Shown here: piece by piece, positions 29,953-40,428 of the stretch
Layout: each line of letters starts with the position of its first letter
How positions within the stretch are numbered: position 1 is the stretch's first letter
Source: a virus
Virus record (IMG/VR): IMGVR_UViG_3300045988_109391
DNA: 64,000 nucleotides
Reading direction: 5' to 3' (one strand)
The notes under the pieces: model-generated
What the model saw: the letters and a program-made list of their open reading frames with translations, nothing else
Told to the model about the DNA's origin: nothing
Database searches by the model: none
Made by a program: the position numbers and the translations under genes

Positions 29953-31464
29953 ATGAATAGAAAAAAGCCAGAAGATTTATCAATGAGTAAAAAAGCAATT
30001 CAAATGAGAAATCTAAGGCTATCACGAGCTTTAGATATTCGTTATGATATATCTCCAGATATGACTGAGAAATTATACGACATAGAATATGAGAAATCTA
30101 AATCTGGTCGTAAGAAACGCAATGGAAAAATAATTTCTAAAACATTAAACAGGGAAAAAGCTAACGATTTAGTTTTTAGCTTATTATACCAATTTAAAAT
30201 CTACACTAATACTACATTAATATATTGGTTAACTAATGGAAAAAAACAAGAAATAACTAAGAGAAAGAAGAATGTTTTAGTATATCATATTTACAATGGT
30301 TTAATTGATATGACAAAAGGAATATATGCTAAACAATCATACAGAAAAACTATTTTTGGTAAAGACATTGAGTTTTCTAACAAGAGTAATGCTGGGTTAT
30401 ATAGTAGTTTGCAATTCTATCTTCATAAGAAACCAGAATATGCAGCAAAAATAACACTAAAAGATGGAACAGTTAAAATAATGAATGGGGCACAATTAAA
30501 GAAAGAAAAATATAATATAGATTATACTGAAAGACAATATATAGTATCGTTAAAACCTAGATATTGGGATAGAACTAATTTTAATAGTGAATTAGGTGCT
30601 TATTGGATGAAGCTAGGAAAACTAAGCAATAGAGAGCAAGTAGAAAGATATGAAATGAACAAAGTAAAAAATTCTTTAAAAAATGACTTTATGATGATAG
30701 ATGGAGTGGAAAAAAGAGCTAATATAAATGCAGTAAAGAGTCTTTTTGAATTAGAGCATGAGAATGATGATAATACTAGCTTGATAGTAGAAAAGGCTAA
30801 AGATTTATACAAAAAAGTTCCAGCTTGTATTAAAGATAATTTTCCACTTTGTGGACTTAGAGTATGGGAAGATGAGGTTTACTTACAGTTTGATAAATAT
30901 GAAGAAAATGATAAATTTTACATTGAAAATAATAGAGAGAATAGTTTTATATTTTGTACAGACTATAGCAGATGTAGAGTAGGCATTTGTGATGCTGATA
31001 CTTTGGAACAGGTTTTATCTAAACGAGATGTAAAAATATATACAGAAGATAAAGAGGAAGCTGGATGTAAAATTAATCTAAAAGCAAAAACTATAGATGA
31101 ATTGTTAGAAGACTATAAACCAAAAAAAGCTAAAGGCAATTACTTTGAGTCTATATATAATCTTCCTAATGATGCTATAAAATTTATTTCTAAATTTGAA
31201 GGACTAGATATTGAAAAAATAATAAGCAGAGAGGAGTCTTTCAAAGCAGTCTTATCTTTCATAAAAAGATATGCATTTTGGTTCAAAAAATTAAATAGAG
31301 AAGAGCTTTTATCTTTTATCGACTACATTTATCAAAAATGTAGAATAGCTACTTCTTCACTAAGAGAAATTCTTTTAAATTCTATTGAAAATACCCTTGA
31401 AAAGTTAAAGTATTCAATTTGTTCAAATAGTTTAATTCCTGGAATTAATATAGCAACATATTAG
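29953..31464 (+). CDS. hypothetical K-rich early protein
   Basis: 503-aa ORF, GAGAGGAG RBS, first gene after the large intergenic region. Confidence 0.7.
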   Translation: MNRKKPEDLSMSKKAIQMRNLRLSRALDIRYDISPDMTEKLYDIEYEKSKSGRKKRNGKIISKTLNREKANDLVFSLLYQFKIYTNTTLIYWLTNGKKQEITKRKKNVLVYHIYNGLIDMTKGIYAKQSYRKTIFGKDIEFSNKSNAGLYSSLQFYLHKKPEYAAKITLKDGTVKIMNGAQLKKEKYNIDYTERQYIVSLKPRYWDRTNFNSELGAYWMKLGKLSNREQVERYEMNKVKNSLKNDFMMIDGVEKRANINAVKSLFELEHENDDNTSLIVEKAKDLYKKVPACIKDNFPLCGLRVWEDEVYLQFDKYEENDKFYIENNRENSFIFCTDYSRCRVGICDADTLEQVLSKRDVKIYTEDKEEAGCKINLKAKTIDELLEDYKPKKAKGNYFESIYNLPNDAIKFISKFEGLDIEKIISREESFKAVLSFIKRYAFWFKKLNREELLSFIDYIYQKCRIATSSLREILLNSIENTLEKLKYSICSNSLIPGINIATY

Positions 31465-31491
31465 CATAATATTCTATAAAGGAGGAATATT

Positions 31492-32862
31492 ATGAAAGAC
31501 AGTGTTGAAAAATCTTGGAATGAACTTTTTGCTATGAATCCGTTTTCTGAGACTACATACTATCCTATTAAAAATAAAGTACTAAATGGTCTTTTAGGCG
31601 GCAATGGACTACCAAAAGGTTCAGTAATTCAAATAGCTGCAGGTTCTGGAACTGGTAAATCTACTATAGTATTAAGAGATATATGTAAAGATTTACTAGA
31701 GCAAGGAGTAAGTGTATGCTATATCGATGCTGATAGAGGTGTTAATACTAGTTTGTTGACTTCTACTGGGGTAATAAATTATTTAGTTACTAATATGAAC
31801 CAAGCTAAAGACAAGCTAAATAATAATGAACCAGTATTTTTAACTTTTCAAGAAAGTTCATTTTCTGGCGTTAATAAATTAATACAGCTATTATTAAGCA
31901 TTGGAATTTATGTTATAGTAATAGATACTATAGCTATATTAGACTCTGGTATGTATATAGGAGATAATGCTTATAACATTGAAAATAGGAGAGTAGGCGG
32001 AGATGCAGGAGCTCTTAGACAGTTGATGAAGAACATATATAACTTAGCTAGTCAACATACAGATAAGAATAATAAAGTTAATTTTATTTTATTAAATCAT
32101 ACTGCTAAAGAGATAGGTGGATTTAGTTTTGGACCACCAAAAGAAACTCCTAAAGGTGGAGACGCTCCAATACAATATTCTGATATAATTATTCAATTAT
32201 ATAAGTACAGTTCTAAATCAGAAACATTGAATGATAAACCGATAGGACAAAAAGTTTATGCTGAATTAGTAAAATCAAGACATACTACAGGAAAAGTAAA
32301 AACTCCATTTTTTATTAGATATGGAGCAGGTATTTCAATGATATTAACTTATAAAGAAATACTTGAAGAAGGTAAAATGATAACTTCTAAAGGAAGAACT
32401 TATACTATAAGCTTACCAAACGGTAAAGAACTAACTTATGTGAACAAAGATAATTTACTAAAATGTATTATTGATAATTATGACGTAATTGATAGTTGTT
32501 TTACTTCAAGTAAGTGGATGATAGACATTTCGAATGAGTCTGATATTTTAAATGTAGAATATGAAGAAACTATTGATACATCTAAATTACCGCAAGAATT
32601 GCAGCATTTAAAAGTAGAAAGAGTTCAAAAGAATTTTTATTACTTTATGAGAGGTGTAGATTTATCTGGTCAAGACTACTATATGTATTATGATATAGAA
32701 ACTAAAAGATTAGTAAGAGAATATGACTCTATGAAAGAAAACATACCAGTTAAAAATGTTGACAAAGCAATGAACGAAGTAAAAGAATATTTAAAAGAGC
32801 TAAAAGAAGAAAATGAGAAAGAAACCTTAGAAGAAACTTTAGCTAAAAATGCATTAAAATAG
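31492..32862 (+). CDS. RecA/UvsX-family recombinase-type ATPase
   Basis: LLGGNGLPKGSVIQIAAGSGTGKSTIVL (RecA-like Walker A context) and YVIVIDTIAIL (Walker B). Confidence 0.6.
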   Translation: MKDSVEKSWNELFAMNPFSETTYYPIKNKVLNGLLGGNGLPKGSVIQIAAGSGTGKSTIVLRDICKDLLEQGVSVCYIDADRGVNTSLLTSTGVINYLVTNMNQAKDKLNNNEPVFLTFQESSFSGVNKLIQLLLSIGIYVIVIDTIAILDSGMYIGDNAYNIENRRVGGDAGALRQLMKNIYNLASQHTDKNNKVNFILLNHTAKEIGGFSFGPPKETPKGGDAPIQYSDIIIQLYKYSSKSETLNDKPIGQKVYAELVKSRHTTGKVKTPFFIRYGAGISMILTYKEILEEGKMITSKGRTYTISLPNGKELTYVNKDNLLKCIIDNYDVIDSCFTSSKWMIDISNESDILNVEYEETIDTSKLPQELQHLKVERVQKNFYYFMRGVDLSGQDYYMYYDIETKRLVREYDSMKENIPVKNVDKAMNEVKEYLKELKEENEKETLEETLAKNALK

Positions 32863-32877
32863 CTAGGAGGAAAGTAA

Positions 32878-34095
32878 ATGGACGTATTTGTAAAAGATTT
32901 TCAAATAGTAAAACAAGCTAAGCTCACTTTTAATCCCGGCTTTAATGTAATAGTAGGTCCTTCTAATAATGGTAAATCTAGTATTTTAAAAGCAATCAAA
33001 GCAGCAATATACACTGAAGCTGGAGTATCTACTATAAGAAGCGGAGCTGATTCGTACGTAGTTGGAATAAGTCATAATAATCATAACATAGTTTATCAGA
33101 AAAAAACTGGTTCTACTAAGTATCTAGTAGATGGAGTTCAGTTTTCTAAATTTGGTTTAACCACTCCAGAAGAAGTATCTAACGCATTAAATATAAAAGA
33201 GTTAAACCTTAACGGAAATAAAGTACAACTAAATTTTTGGAACCAAATGGACAAACCATTTTTATTAGATAAAAGTGCAGGAGACTTATTTAAGTTTATA
33301 TTAGACTCTGGAGAAAACGACAAATTGTCAGCTGTTACTAAAGCTATGGTAGCAGATAGACAGCAAATTAATAGAGATGCTGACACTATTCAGGGAAGTA
33401 TAAACTCAACTGACAGTATTCTCAAAGAACAAGAAAAATCTATAGAAACTTTAAAGCCATTGTATGATATGTCATTGAAGATAATAGAATTAAAATCTAA
33501 GAAACAAGAACTAGATAAGCTTAATAATATTTACACTAGTCTAAACCAAATAGAAACAGAATTAAAGAATTTAGACACTTCTTATGTTACAGATAGTAAA
33601 CAATTTAATATGATAAATTCTTTAGAAAAAGACTTGGAAAAGATAAGACTATCATATAAATTAGGAGACTTGTATGACCAGCAGTTATCAATTTCTACCA
33701 CTTTAGAACTTATGACAAAATTTATCTTTGAGACTAGAGAATGCTTAAAACTGCTATCTAACTTAAATTTATCTGCTGACAGATTACCTTCTCTTTTAAA
33801 TTTAAGTGATAGATATAAAATTATATTAAACGAACTAGAAAATGTTTCTAAGATAAACCTCGTTACACCAGATGTTGAAATAATTACTAAATTAACTAAT
33901 ATTTTAACAAATATAAAAAGTATAAATCAAAAAGTTGATACAATTAATATATCTTTAGAAGAACAGATTAAAAGTGAAAAATCTATTTTAGATGCATTAG
34001 ATAGAATAAAAGAAGTTGAAGACTGTATTGAAGTTTGTCCTTACTGTGGACAAAGCTTGAAAGGAGGAAATCATGTATTTAGAACTAGTAACTAA
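32878..34095 (+). CDS. Rad50/SbcC-like ATPase, N-terminal head plus coiled coil plus CxxC hook
   Basis: FNPGFNVIVGPSNNGKSSILKAI Walker A; long coiled coil; CPYCGQSL near the C-terminus. Confidence 0.6.
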   Translation: MDVFVKDFQIVKQAKLTFNPGFNVIVGPSNNGKSSILKAIKAAIYTEAGVSTIRSGADSYVVGISHNNHNIVYQKKTGSTKYLVDGVQFSKFGLTTPEEVSNALNIKELNLNGNKVQLNFWNQMDKPFLLDKSAGDLFKFILDSGENDKLSAVTKAMVADRQQINRDADTIQGSINSTDSILKEQEKSIETLKPLYDMSLKIIELKSKKQELDKLNNIYTSLNQIETELKNLDTSYVTDSKQFNMINSLEKDLEKIRLSYKLGDLYDQQLSISTTLELMTKFIFETRECLKLLSNLNLSADRLPSLLNLSDRYKIILNELENVSKINLVTPDVEIITKLTNILTNIKSINQKVDTINISLEEQIKSEKSILDALDRIKEVEDCIEVCPYCGQSLKGGNHVFRTSN

Positions 34096-34384
34096 AAAAT
34101 CAGATAGAACTGTAAAAGAAAGATATGAAGAATTATCTGATGAACAAAAGTTAGCTTTAGTAGAAGAAGCTAAAAAGTTAAAAGAAGATTTGAAAGAAAA
34201 GCTTATAGTAACTCAGACAAAACAAAAATCTTTGCTAGAAGAAAAAGAAAAGTTAGAAAAAACTTTGCTTGAAGAATATGATATAAAATCTGAAGAAGAT
34301 ATTGTAAATAAAATAGCTGAGCTAAACGGCGAGATTATTTCAGCTTTGACAGAATATTCAAACGCATTAAATGCTAATGAATAA
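34073..34384 (+). CDS. coiled-coil protein
   Basis: 103 aa, E/K-rich heptads, own AAAGGAGG RBS. Confidence 0.6.
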   Translation: MYLELVTKKSDRTVKERYEELSDEQKLALVEEAKKLKEDLKEKLIVTQTKQKSLLEEKEKLEKTLLEEYDIKSEEDIVNKIAELNGEIISALTEYSNALNANE

Positions 34385-35424
34385 TGCTATTATATGAAGA
34401 TAAAATAGAACCATCATTGAGAAATCTTTCTCGTCAAAAGTTTAAAGTTAAACGAAATAGTGCAGCTACTTTTAGAAGATATAAACAAAAATGGAGTAAG
34501 TGGACTAATAAAGATTCTAACCTTAGAGACGTTATTTCATTATACATTTATGAAGTAAATAAAAAATTAAAGACTAAATCTATAGTTACATATTATCGTT
34601 CTGCAAGGTCTGAAGCTTTATATATTACTTATACTATAGGAGATATATCTCGTAAATTAAGAGTGGCAAATCATGACTCTGCAGATAATTCTAAATTTGA
34701 TGAAGAAATAAAAATTCATGAATTTTTAAATATGAAAACTTTAGCTAGAAGCATTTTAAGATTTATAGATAGTTGTATTTTAAGATGGAGGGATAGAGTG
34801 ACAATAGATAATTTTGATAGTTATTTTAATAAAGCGTTAAGTGTAGTTCAAAAATATAAAACTACAGTAGAAATGAGAGATAGCTCTATAGAGTTAAAAA
34901 AAGAGTACGAGAATAAACTTAAAGAAACCTTAGAAACTCATAGAAATTACGAAGACGCAATTAATTATTTAAAAGAAATAATAGAGTTATTAAGTAAGCA
35001 GCATATAGAGCATTTAGAAAAACTACTTAATTCAGCAGTAAAGACTATATTTTATGATAAAAATTATGAAATAAAGTTAGAAATATCAGAATTTAGAAAT
35101 AGTAATAGCTTAAATATTTACTTAGTAGAATATAGAGATGATGAGGAAATAAAAACTGATATTAAGTCTAACGGGTTTGGTATTCAATGCATAGTTGGCT
35201 TTATACTTCAGGTATATTTTATACTTTATCATAAACTATCTCCAGTTTTATTCATGGATGAAGCGCTTAGTAATCTTAGTTCTCAATATATAGAACCATT
35301 TAAAGACTTAGTAAATGCTTTAGTAGAACAATATGGATTTATATTTGTATTAGTTGCGCATGACCCTAGATTTATTGATATAGCAGATGCTAAATATGAG
35401 ATAAAAGATGGGGTAGTCGTTTAG
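34384..35424 (+). CDS. Rad50/SbcC-like ATPase C-terminal head (signature/Walker B half)
   Basis: LFMDEALSNLSSQYIEPF...FIFVLVAHDPRF, i.e. Walker B/D-loop/H-loop arrangement of SMC-type ABC ATPases. Confidence 0.5.
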   Translation: MLLYEDKIEPSLRNLSRQKFKVKRNSAATFRRYKQKWSKWTNKDSNLRDVISLYIYEVNKKLKTKSIVTYYRSARSEALYITYTIGDISRKLRVANHDSADNSKFDEEIKIHEFLNMKTLARSILRFIDSCILRWRDRVTIDNFDSYFNKALSVVQKYKTTVEMRDSSIELKKEYENKLKETLETHRNYEDAINYLKEIIELLSKQHIEHLEKLLNSAVKTIFYDKNYEIKLEISEFRNSNSLNIYLVEYRDDEEIKTDIKSNGFGIQCIVGFILQVYFILYHKLSPVLFMDEALSNLSSQYIEPFKDLVNALVEQYGFIFVLVAHDPRFIDIADAKYEIKDGVVV

Positions 35425-35435
35425 GAGGTTTAGCT

Positions 35436-35621
35436 ATGAACTGTAAAAAAGATTGTAAATGGATTGGCTATAACTATAAAACTGATGAAAATGGACATAT
35501 ACTAAAAGCAACGAGTAGACTTTGCTTAAAATATAAGAAACCTATTGTAAATGGAAGAATTAAAGAGTGTATTGAGGGAGGTGAGCACGAGTGGATGAAG
35601 CACAAGAAAACAATTTGTTAA
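35436..35621 (+). CDS. small Cys-rich protein
   Basis: 61-aa ORF, GGAGG RBS. Confidence 0.5.
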   Translation: MNCKKDCKWIGYNYKTDENGHILKATSRLCLKYKKPIVNGRIKECIEGGEHEWMKHKKTIC

Positions 35622-36058
35622 AAGACACCGAGCCATTAGAAACTAATAATCTTAGTATAGTAAAAGGAATTACATTATTAGAGTTAGATGAAGATATAAT
35701 AATAGCTGTTCCAGACACTTATACTATATCTCAGGCAGTTGCTTGGTATAAAAAAGATATTGGAATCGAAAATGATGCAGAAGACCCATCAATAGATTTA
35801 GTAGATATTAAAAATACTGGAATATGGGCTCCACTAGATAAAAAGTATGACAAAGAGTATGATTTGTTAACAGCTTTATATAACATGACCGACTTTATAA
35901 ACATAGAATTTGAGCCAAAAGATGAGCCATACAACAATATTTCAATTATAGATGGAGAAATAACTAAATTTATTACACTTGAAGAATATTGTAAAAGATA
36001 TTTATTTTCTAATGAAGTTTTAAAAGAGCCAAAGATAGTTTGTTGTAGTAATTATTAA
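35591..36058 (+). CDS. hypothetical acidic protein
   Basis: 155-aa ORF with GTG start. Confidence 0.55.
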   Translation: MDEAQENNLLKDTEPLETNNLSIVKGITLLELDEDIIIAVPDTYTISQAVAWYKKDIGIENDAEDPSIDLVDIKNTGIWAPLDKKYDKEYDLLTALYNMTDFINIEFEPKDEPYNNISIIDGEITKFITLEEYCKRYLFSNEVLKEPKIVCCSNY

Positions 36059-36108
36059 AAATATAGATTAAGTCAGAGCTAGTGCTCTGATTAGAAAGAG
36101 GTATAGAT

Positions 36109-37363
36109 ATGATTAAAGAAACTTTTGAAGATTTAATGCGAGAAGAACAAAAAAGACAAAATATTACATGCGAATTAATTGCTAGTGAAAATTTTCCTAG
36201 CAAAAGAATATTAAATATGTGTGGGTCATGTCTTACTGCGAAATATGCAGAGGGCTATCCAGGTAAAAGATACTACGGTGGATGTCAGTGGATAGACAAG
36301 ATAGAACAAAAAGCTATAGATAATGCCTGTGAATTATTTAATTGTAATTTTGCTAATGTTCAACCCCACTGCGGTAGTTCTGCTAACCAAGCCGTGTATA
36401 GAGCATTTTGCAAACCGGGTGATACAGTTTTAGGAATGAATTTAGACAGTCGGGGGTCATTTAACACATGGACATAAATTATCTTTCTCTGGACAAGACT
36501 ATAATATTGTATCTTATGGAGTAGATAAAAATGGAGTGCTAGACTATGAAGATTTAGAGCATAAGTTATATAATTATAATCCTAGTATGATATTAGTAGG
36601 TGCAAGCTCATATTCTCAGATAATAGATTATGAAAGAATAAGCACTATACTAGGAGACTATTATAGAAGTACTGGAGATAAACCAATCTATTTTGTAGAT
36701 ATGGCTCATGTAGCTGGATTAATAGCAGCTGGAGTTCATCCATCTCCATTCCCTTGGGCAGATGTAGTAACTAGCACTACTCATAAAACATTAAGAGGTC
36801 CTAGAGGAGGATTAATTTTATGGAATGACCCTGAATATTCTGCTAAAATTAATAGAGCAGTATTTCCAGGAGTTCAAGGAGGCCCACTAGAACATATTAT
36901 AGCAGCAAAAGGAATTTGTTTCGAAGAAGCTTTAACTCCAGAATTTAAAGATTATGGTAAACAAGTCGTAGAAAACGCAAAAGCTTTTGCAAATGAATTT
37001 ATAATGTTAAACAATAAAGTTATTTCAGGTGGAACTCAAAATCATATGTTTGTATTAGATGTATATTCATCTTATGGAATAACTGGTAAAGAGGCAGAAG
37101 AAGCATTAGATAAAATAAATATTACTGTAAATAAAAATCAAATCCCAAATGATACGCTTTCTCCGCTTGTTTCATCAGGAATAAGAATTGGAACTCCAGC
37201 TATGACAACTAAAGGTTGGAAAGTAGAAGATTTTCAGAGATTAGCTAGAATAATTAATCGCTATTTAAAAGATTTAGCAGAGCATAAGCTAGATAATACT
37301 TTTATAGTAAATGAAGAAGCTTATAAAGAAGATGTAGCAGATTTAATTAGAAAGGATAGATAA
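36109..37363 (+). CDS. glyA: serine hydroxymethyltransferase, 417 aa with a +1 shift at CGG 36451
   Basis: [22 protein letters not shown], then GMNLDS|[28 protein letters not shown] joins the track ORFs 36109..36477 and 36536..37363; [12 protein letters not shown] is the PLP-lysine motif. Confidence 0.85.
36451..36453 (+). other. in-frame CGG, inferred +1 recoding site
   Basis: gac agt [c]ggg ggt cat tta aca cat gga restores the invariant SHMT GGHLTHG. Confidence 0.8.
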
Positions 37364-37366
37364 TGA

Positions 37367-37552
37367 ATGAAAATAAATCTAACATTTAGTACAAATTATT
37401 CAGTAGAAGAAATTGTTAAAGAAGTAAATAAATATATAATAGAGCACAGACGTGATATTGAACTAAATTTAGATAGAACTGAAATACCAGAGCATAGAGT
37501 TAAATGGACTTTATGCTCTGAGCCTATTAATTTATGGGAGGATTATGAATGA
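37367..37552 (+). CDS. hypothetical protein
   Basis: 61-aa ORF. Confidence 0.5.
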   Translation: MKINLTFSTNYSVEEIVKEVNKYIIEHRRDIELNLDRTEIPEHRVKWTLCSEPINLWEDYE

Positions 37553-39258
37553 AAATTATAAAACCTATGATAATAGTAGAAGATAAAGATTATGTAAAAT
37601 TAATGAAAAACCTAGAAAGAGCTTGTAGAACTTGTTATCGTTCTGAAGATAAAATAGTAGAGGACTCTTATAAGACTCTTCTTACAAACTGTATAAATAG
37701 AGGTCATGAATCTGTGTTAGAGCATGAAAAAATAACTATACAAATGATATGTGATATAGGAGTATATAAAGATTTAACTCGTCATAGACACGCATCGTTC
37801 TCAATAGAAAGTACAAGATACTGTGTCGCAGGTGATACTAGATTAAAGTTCTTTAATGGGTATTCTAGGTATACTATTGAAGAAATGTATGAAAAGATGC
37901 ATAATTCTAAAAACGGTCAATGGAAGAGAATGAAGATAAAACATTTAAATGAAAGTACTGGTGAATTTGATTATGTTACAATTAAAAATTTATTTTATAA
38001 TGGAAAGAAAAAATGTTATAAGATAAAAACAGATTTAGGCTATGAATTAATTTGTACAGTAGACCACAAAATATATACACCTCAGGGTTATAAAAAACTT
38101 GAAGATTTAGTAATAGGGGATAAGGTATATGTAAATGGACAGGATGTTGATGAACCGTTGTATCGTAACTATGACTGGATGTATTATCAATATGTAACAT
38201 TAAATAAATCTTACCCGCAAATAGCTAATGAGTTTAATCTTAAATTAGCTACAGTAAAAAAATGGGGACACAAATTAAATATGCCTTACAAAGGTTGTGG
38301 GTATGCAAATGTAGGTAAATCACCGTGGAATAAGGGATTAACTGAGAATGATGATATTAGGATTAAAGCTCAAGCAGACGGTTTAAGGAGAAATAGATAC
38401 GATAGGTGGAAGAAAGATACATATGAGACAGCTCCAGATGGTTCAGTTATATTAGAAAGAACTCCAAGAGTTTATAGAAAGTATAGAAAGAATTATTGTC
38501 AAATTTGTAGTAGAACTGGTAGAGATATTAAATTGGAAGTTCATCATAAAGATGGTGACCACAGCAATTTTGATGAAGATAATTTTATTACATTATGTCC
38601 TAAATGTCATCAAGGTATAGAGAATAAATCTTTAAACGTATTACATGCAGATATAATTGCAGATATAGAGGATGTTGGTGAAGTTGATGTATATGATTTA
38701 GAAGTTAATAGTGAATATCATAATTTTGTAGCTAACGGAGTTATTGTTCATAATTGTAACTATGGTAAAGATAAATTTGATAATGAAATAAAATTTATAA
38801 GACCAGTATTCTTTAAGGGAAATATAGATTTATTTGAAGCAGACGAAGTTGATTTATATGTATATAAAAATGAAGCTGGAGAAGATATTATATCTAATAA
38901 GACAGAGTGTTTACAAAGTGATAAAGATTTGTGGAAATCTTATATTTGGTATAACACAATGAGGAATATAGAAACTCAATATATGGCTATGTCAGAGCTA
39001 GGAGCAAAACCAGATGAGTTAAGGATGATATTACCTCATTCTACAGCAGCTTTAGTTACTATGACAGCTAATATAAGAGAATGGAAACATATATTAGAAC
39101 TTAGAGCTAATAATCATGCTCATCCTTCAGTTCAACAAGTAATGATACCACTATTGTTATATTTTAAAGAAAAAATGCCAGAGATATTTAATAGCATAGA
39201 ATATAATAAGGAATTTGATAAATCAAAATATGCTAAATTGGAGGTAAGATATGAGTAA
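37549..39258 (+). CDS. thyX: flavin-dependent thymidylate synthase ThyX, interrupted by an intein
   Basis: HESVLEHE and RHRHASFSIESTRY (ThyX RHR...S...RY motif); the exteins total 258 aa. Confidence 0.8.
   Translation: MKIIKPMIIVEDKDYVKLMKNLERACRTCYRSEDKIVEDSYKTLLTNCINRGHESVLEHEKITIQMICDIGVYKDLTRHRHASFSIESTRYCVAGDTRLKFFNGYSRYTIEEMYEKMHNSKNGQWKRMKIKHLNESTGEFDYVTIKNLFYNGKKKCYKIKTDLGYELICTVDHKIYTPQGYKKLEDLVIGDKVYVNGQDVDEPLYRNYDWMYYQYVTLNKSYPQIANEFNLKLATVKKWGHKLNMPYKGCGYANVGKSPWNKGLTENDDIRIKAQADGLRRNRYDRWKKDTYETAPDGSVILERTPRVYRKYRKNYCQICSRTGRDIKLEVHHKDGDHSNFDEDNFITLCPKCHQGIENKSLNVLHADIIADIEDVGEVDVYDLEVNSEYHNFVANGVIVHNCNYGKDKFDNEIKFIRPVFFKGNIDLFEADEVDLYVYKNEAGEDIISNKTECLQSDKDLWKSYIWYNTMRNIETQYMAMSELGAKPDELRMILPHSTAALVTMTANIREWKHILELRANNHAHPSVQQVMIPLLLYFKEKMPEIFNSIEYNKEFDKSKYAKLEVRYE
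37822..38754 (+). mobile_element. intein (311 aa) with HNH homing endonuclease, inside thyX
   Basis: Starts CVAGDTRLKF directly after the RY of the ThyX motif and ends VIVHN|C. Internal SPWNKGLT (NUMOD3-like) and HHKDGDHSNFDEDNFITLCPKCH (HNH). Confidence 0.8.
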
Positions 39259-39589
39259 AATAGATTTACATAAAGTTATATGCGAAGAAATGCACACTTT
39301 ATATAAAAGAAAAAATAATGATTATGGTGACAGTGTAAGCGATACTTTTGTTAAGTTTGGGCTAGATGCATTTTTAGTAAGAATGTATGATAAACTAAAT
39401 AGAGTTTATTCACTAACTCATGGAAAACAAATTAAGATATCAGACGAAAGAATAGAAGATACTCTACTAGATTTAGCTAATTACGCAGTAATCTCGCTTG
39501 TTGAATTAAAAAATTTAGAAGAAAAACATGCTATAACTAAAGACATAGTAGAAAGTGCTGAGTTTAAAGCTAAGCATGAGGAATTATAA
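39251..39589 (+). CDS. DUF1599 / nucleotide-modification-associated domain 1 protein
   Basis: KRKNNDYGDS...G..AFLVRMYDKLNRV pattern. Confidence 0.5.
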   Translation: MSKIDLHKVICEEMHTLYKRKNNDYGDSVSDTFVKFGLDAFLVRMYDKLNRVYSLTHGKQIKISDERIEDTLLDLANYAVISLVELKNLEEKHAITKDIVESAEFKAKHEEL

Positions 39590-39590
39590 T

Positions 39591-39971
39591 ATGAACATTA
39601 GTAGAGAAGAAGTAAGAAGACTTGAAAAAGCTGCTAAAGATAAAAATAAACAAAAGTTATTAGACTGGGCTAATCAATTTAAAGAGCAATTAGAGCTAGA
39701 ATTTAAAGATAAATATGATAAAAGATTAGCTAAGTCTATGGACATAGTATTTTTAGCTGTTGCATATTCTTTAGTATTTAGCGAAAATACCAAAATAAAT
39801 AATAAAGATGAAGTAGGAGAGTTTATGGATGATTTACTAACTACTATTTCTTTATTTGAAAATGGAGAATATAATCCTAATGATTATAAAGAAGGATTAG
39901 AAAAAGCAGGTATTTTCTTTGATGAGTCATTTTATTCTATTAAGGAGAACAAGAATGAAAAAAAGAATTGA
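39591..39971 (+). CDS. hypothetical protein
   Basis: ATG 39591 preceded by GAGGAA; the track start at 39555 is less likely. Confidence 0.55.
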   Translation: MNISREEVRRLEKAAKDKNKQKLLDWANQFKEQLELEFKDKYDKRLAKSMDIVFLAVAYSLVFSENTKINNKDEVGEFMDDLLTTISLFENGEYNPNDYKEGLEKAGIFFDESFYSIKENKNEKKN

Positions 39972-40428
39972 TAAAGTAAATTATTATTTAGATATTGCAG
40001 AAACTGTTTCTGAGAGGTCAACTTGCTTTAAGAGACACTATGGAGCTATTATAGTAAATAATGATAGTATTATATCTTCTGGATTTAACGGAAGTCCAAG
40101 AGGAGTTAAAGATTGTTATGATATAGGACATTGTTTAAGACAAGACTCCCCAAGAGGGATGGATTATTCTAGTTGTGTAAGTTGTCACGCAGAACAGAAT
40201 GCTATAATTTCTGCTAGCAGAGAACAGATGATAGGTTCAACTTTATACTTAGTGGGTATAAATCAAGAAGATAATTCTTATGTAGAAAACTCAGAACCTT
40301 GTTCACTATGTAAAAGAATGATTATAAATTCTGGAATATCTCAAGTAATAGTTAGAATAAAAGATGACTTTAAGAAGTTTAATGTTGATGGTTGGAAAAA
40401 TATAGACAGCATTACAGGAGGTTATTAA
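39955..40428 (+). CDS. dCMP deaminase
   Basis: AAGGAGA RBS before ATG 39955; zinc motifs CHAEQNAI and PCSLCKRMI. Confidence 0.8.
   Translation: MKKRIDKVNYYLDIAETVSERSTCFKRHYGAIIVNNDSIISSGFNGSPRGVKDCYDIGHCLRQDSPRGMDYSSCVSCHAEQNAIISASREQMIGSTLYLVGINQEDNSYVENSEPCSLCKRMIINSGISQVIVRIKDDFKKFNVDGWKNIDSITGGY

Noticed and set aside
34060-34100. Possible frameshift fusion between the Rad50-like N-terminal gene and the following coiled-coil ORF
   Set aside because: The downstream ORF has a canonical AAAGGAGG RBS plus ATG, and there is no CGG or slippery run at the junction. They are separate genes.
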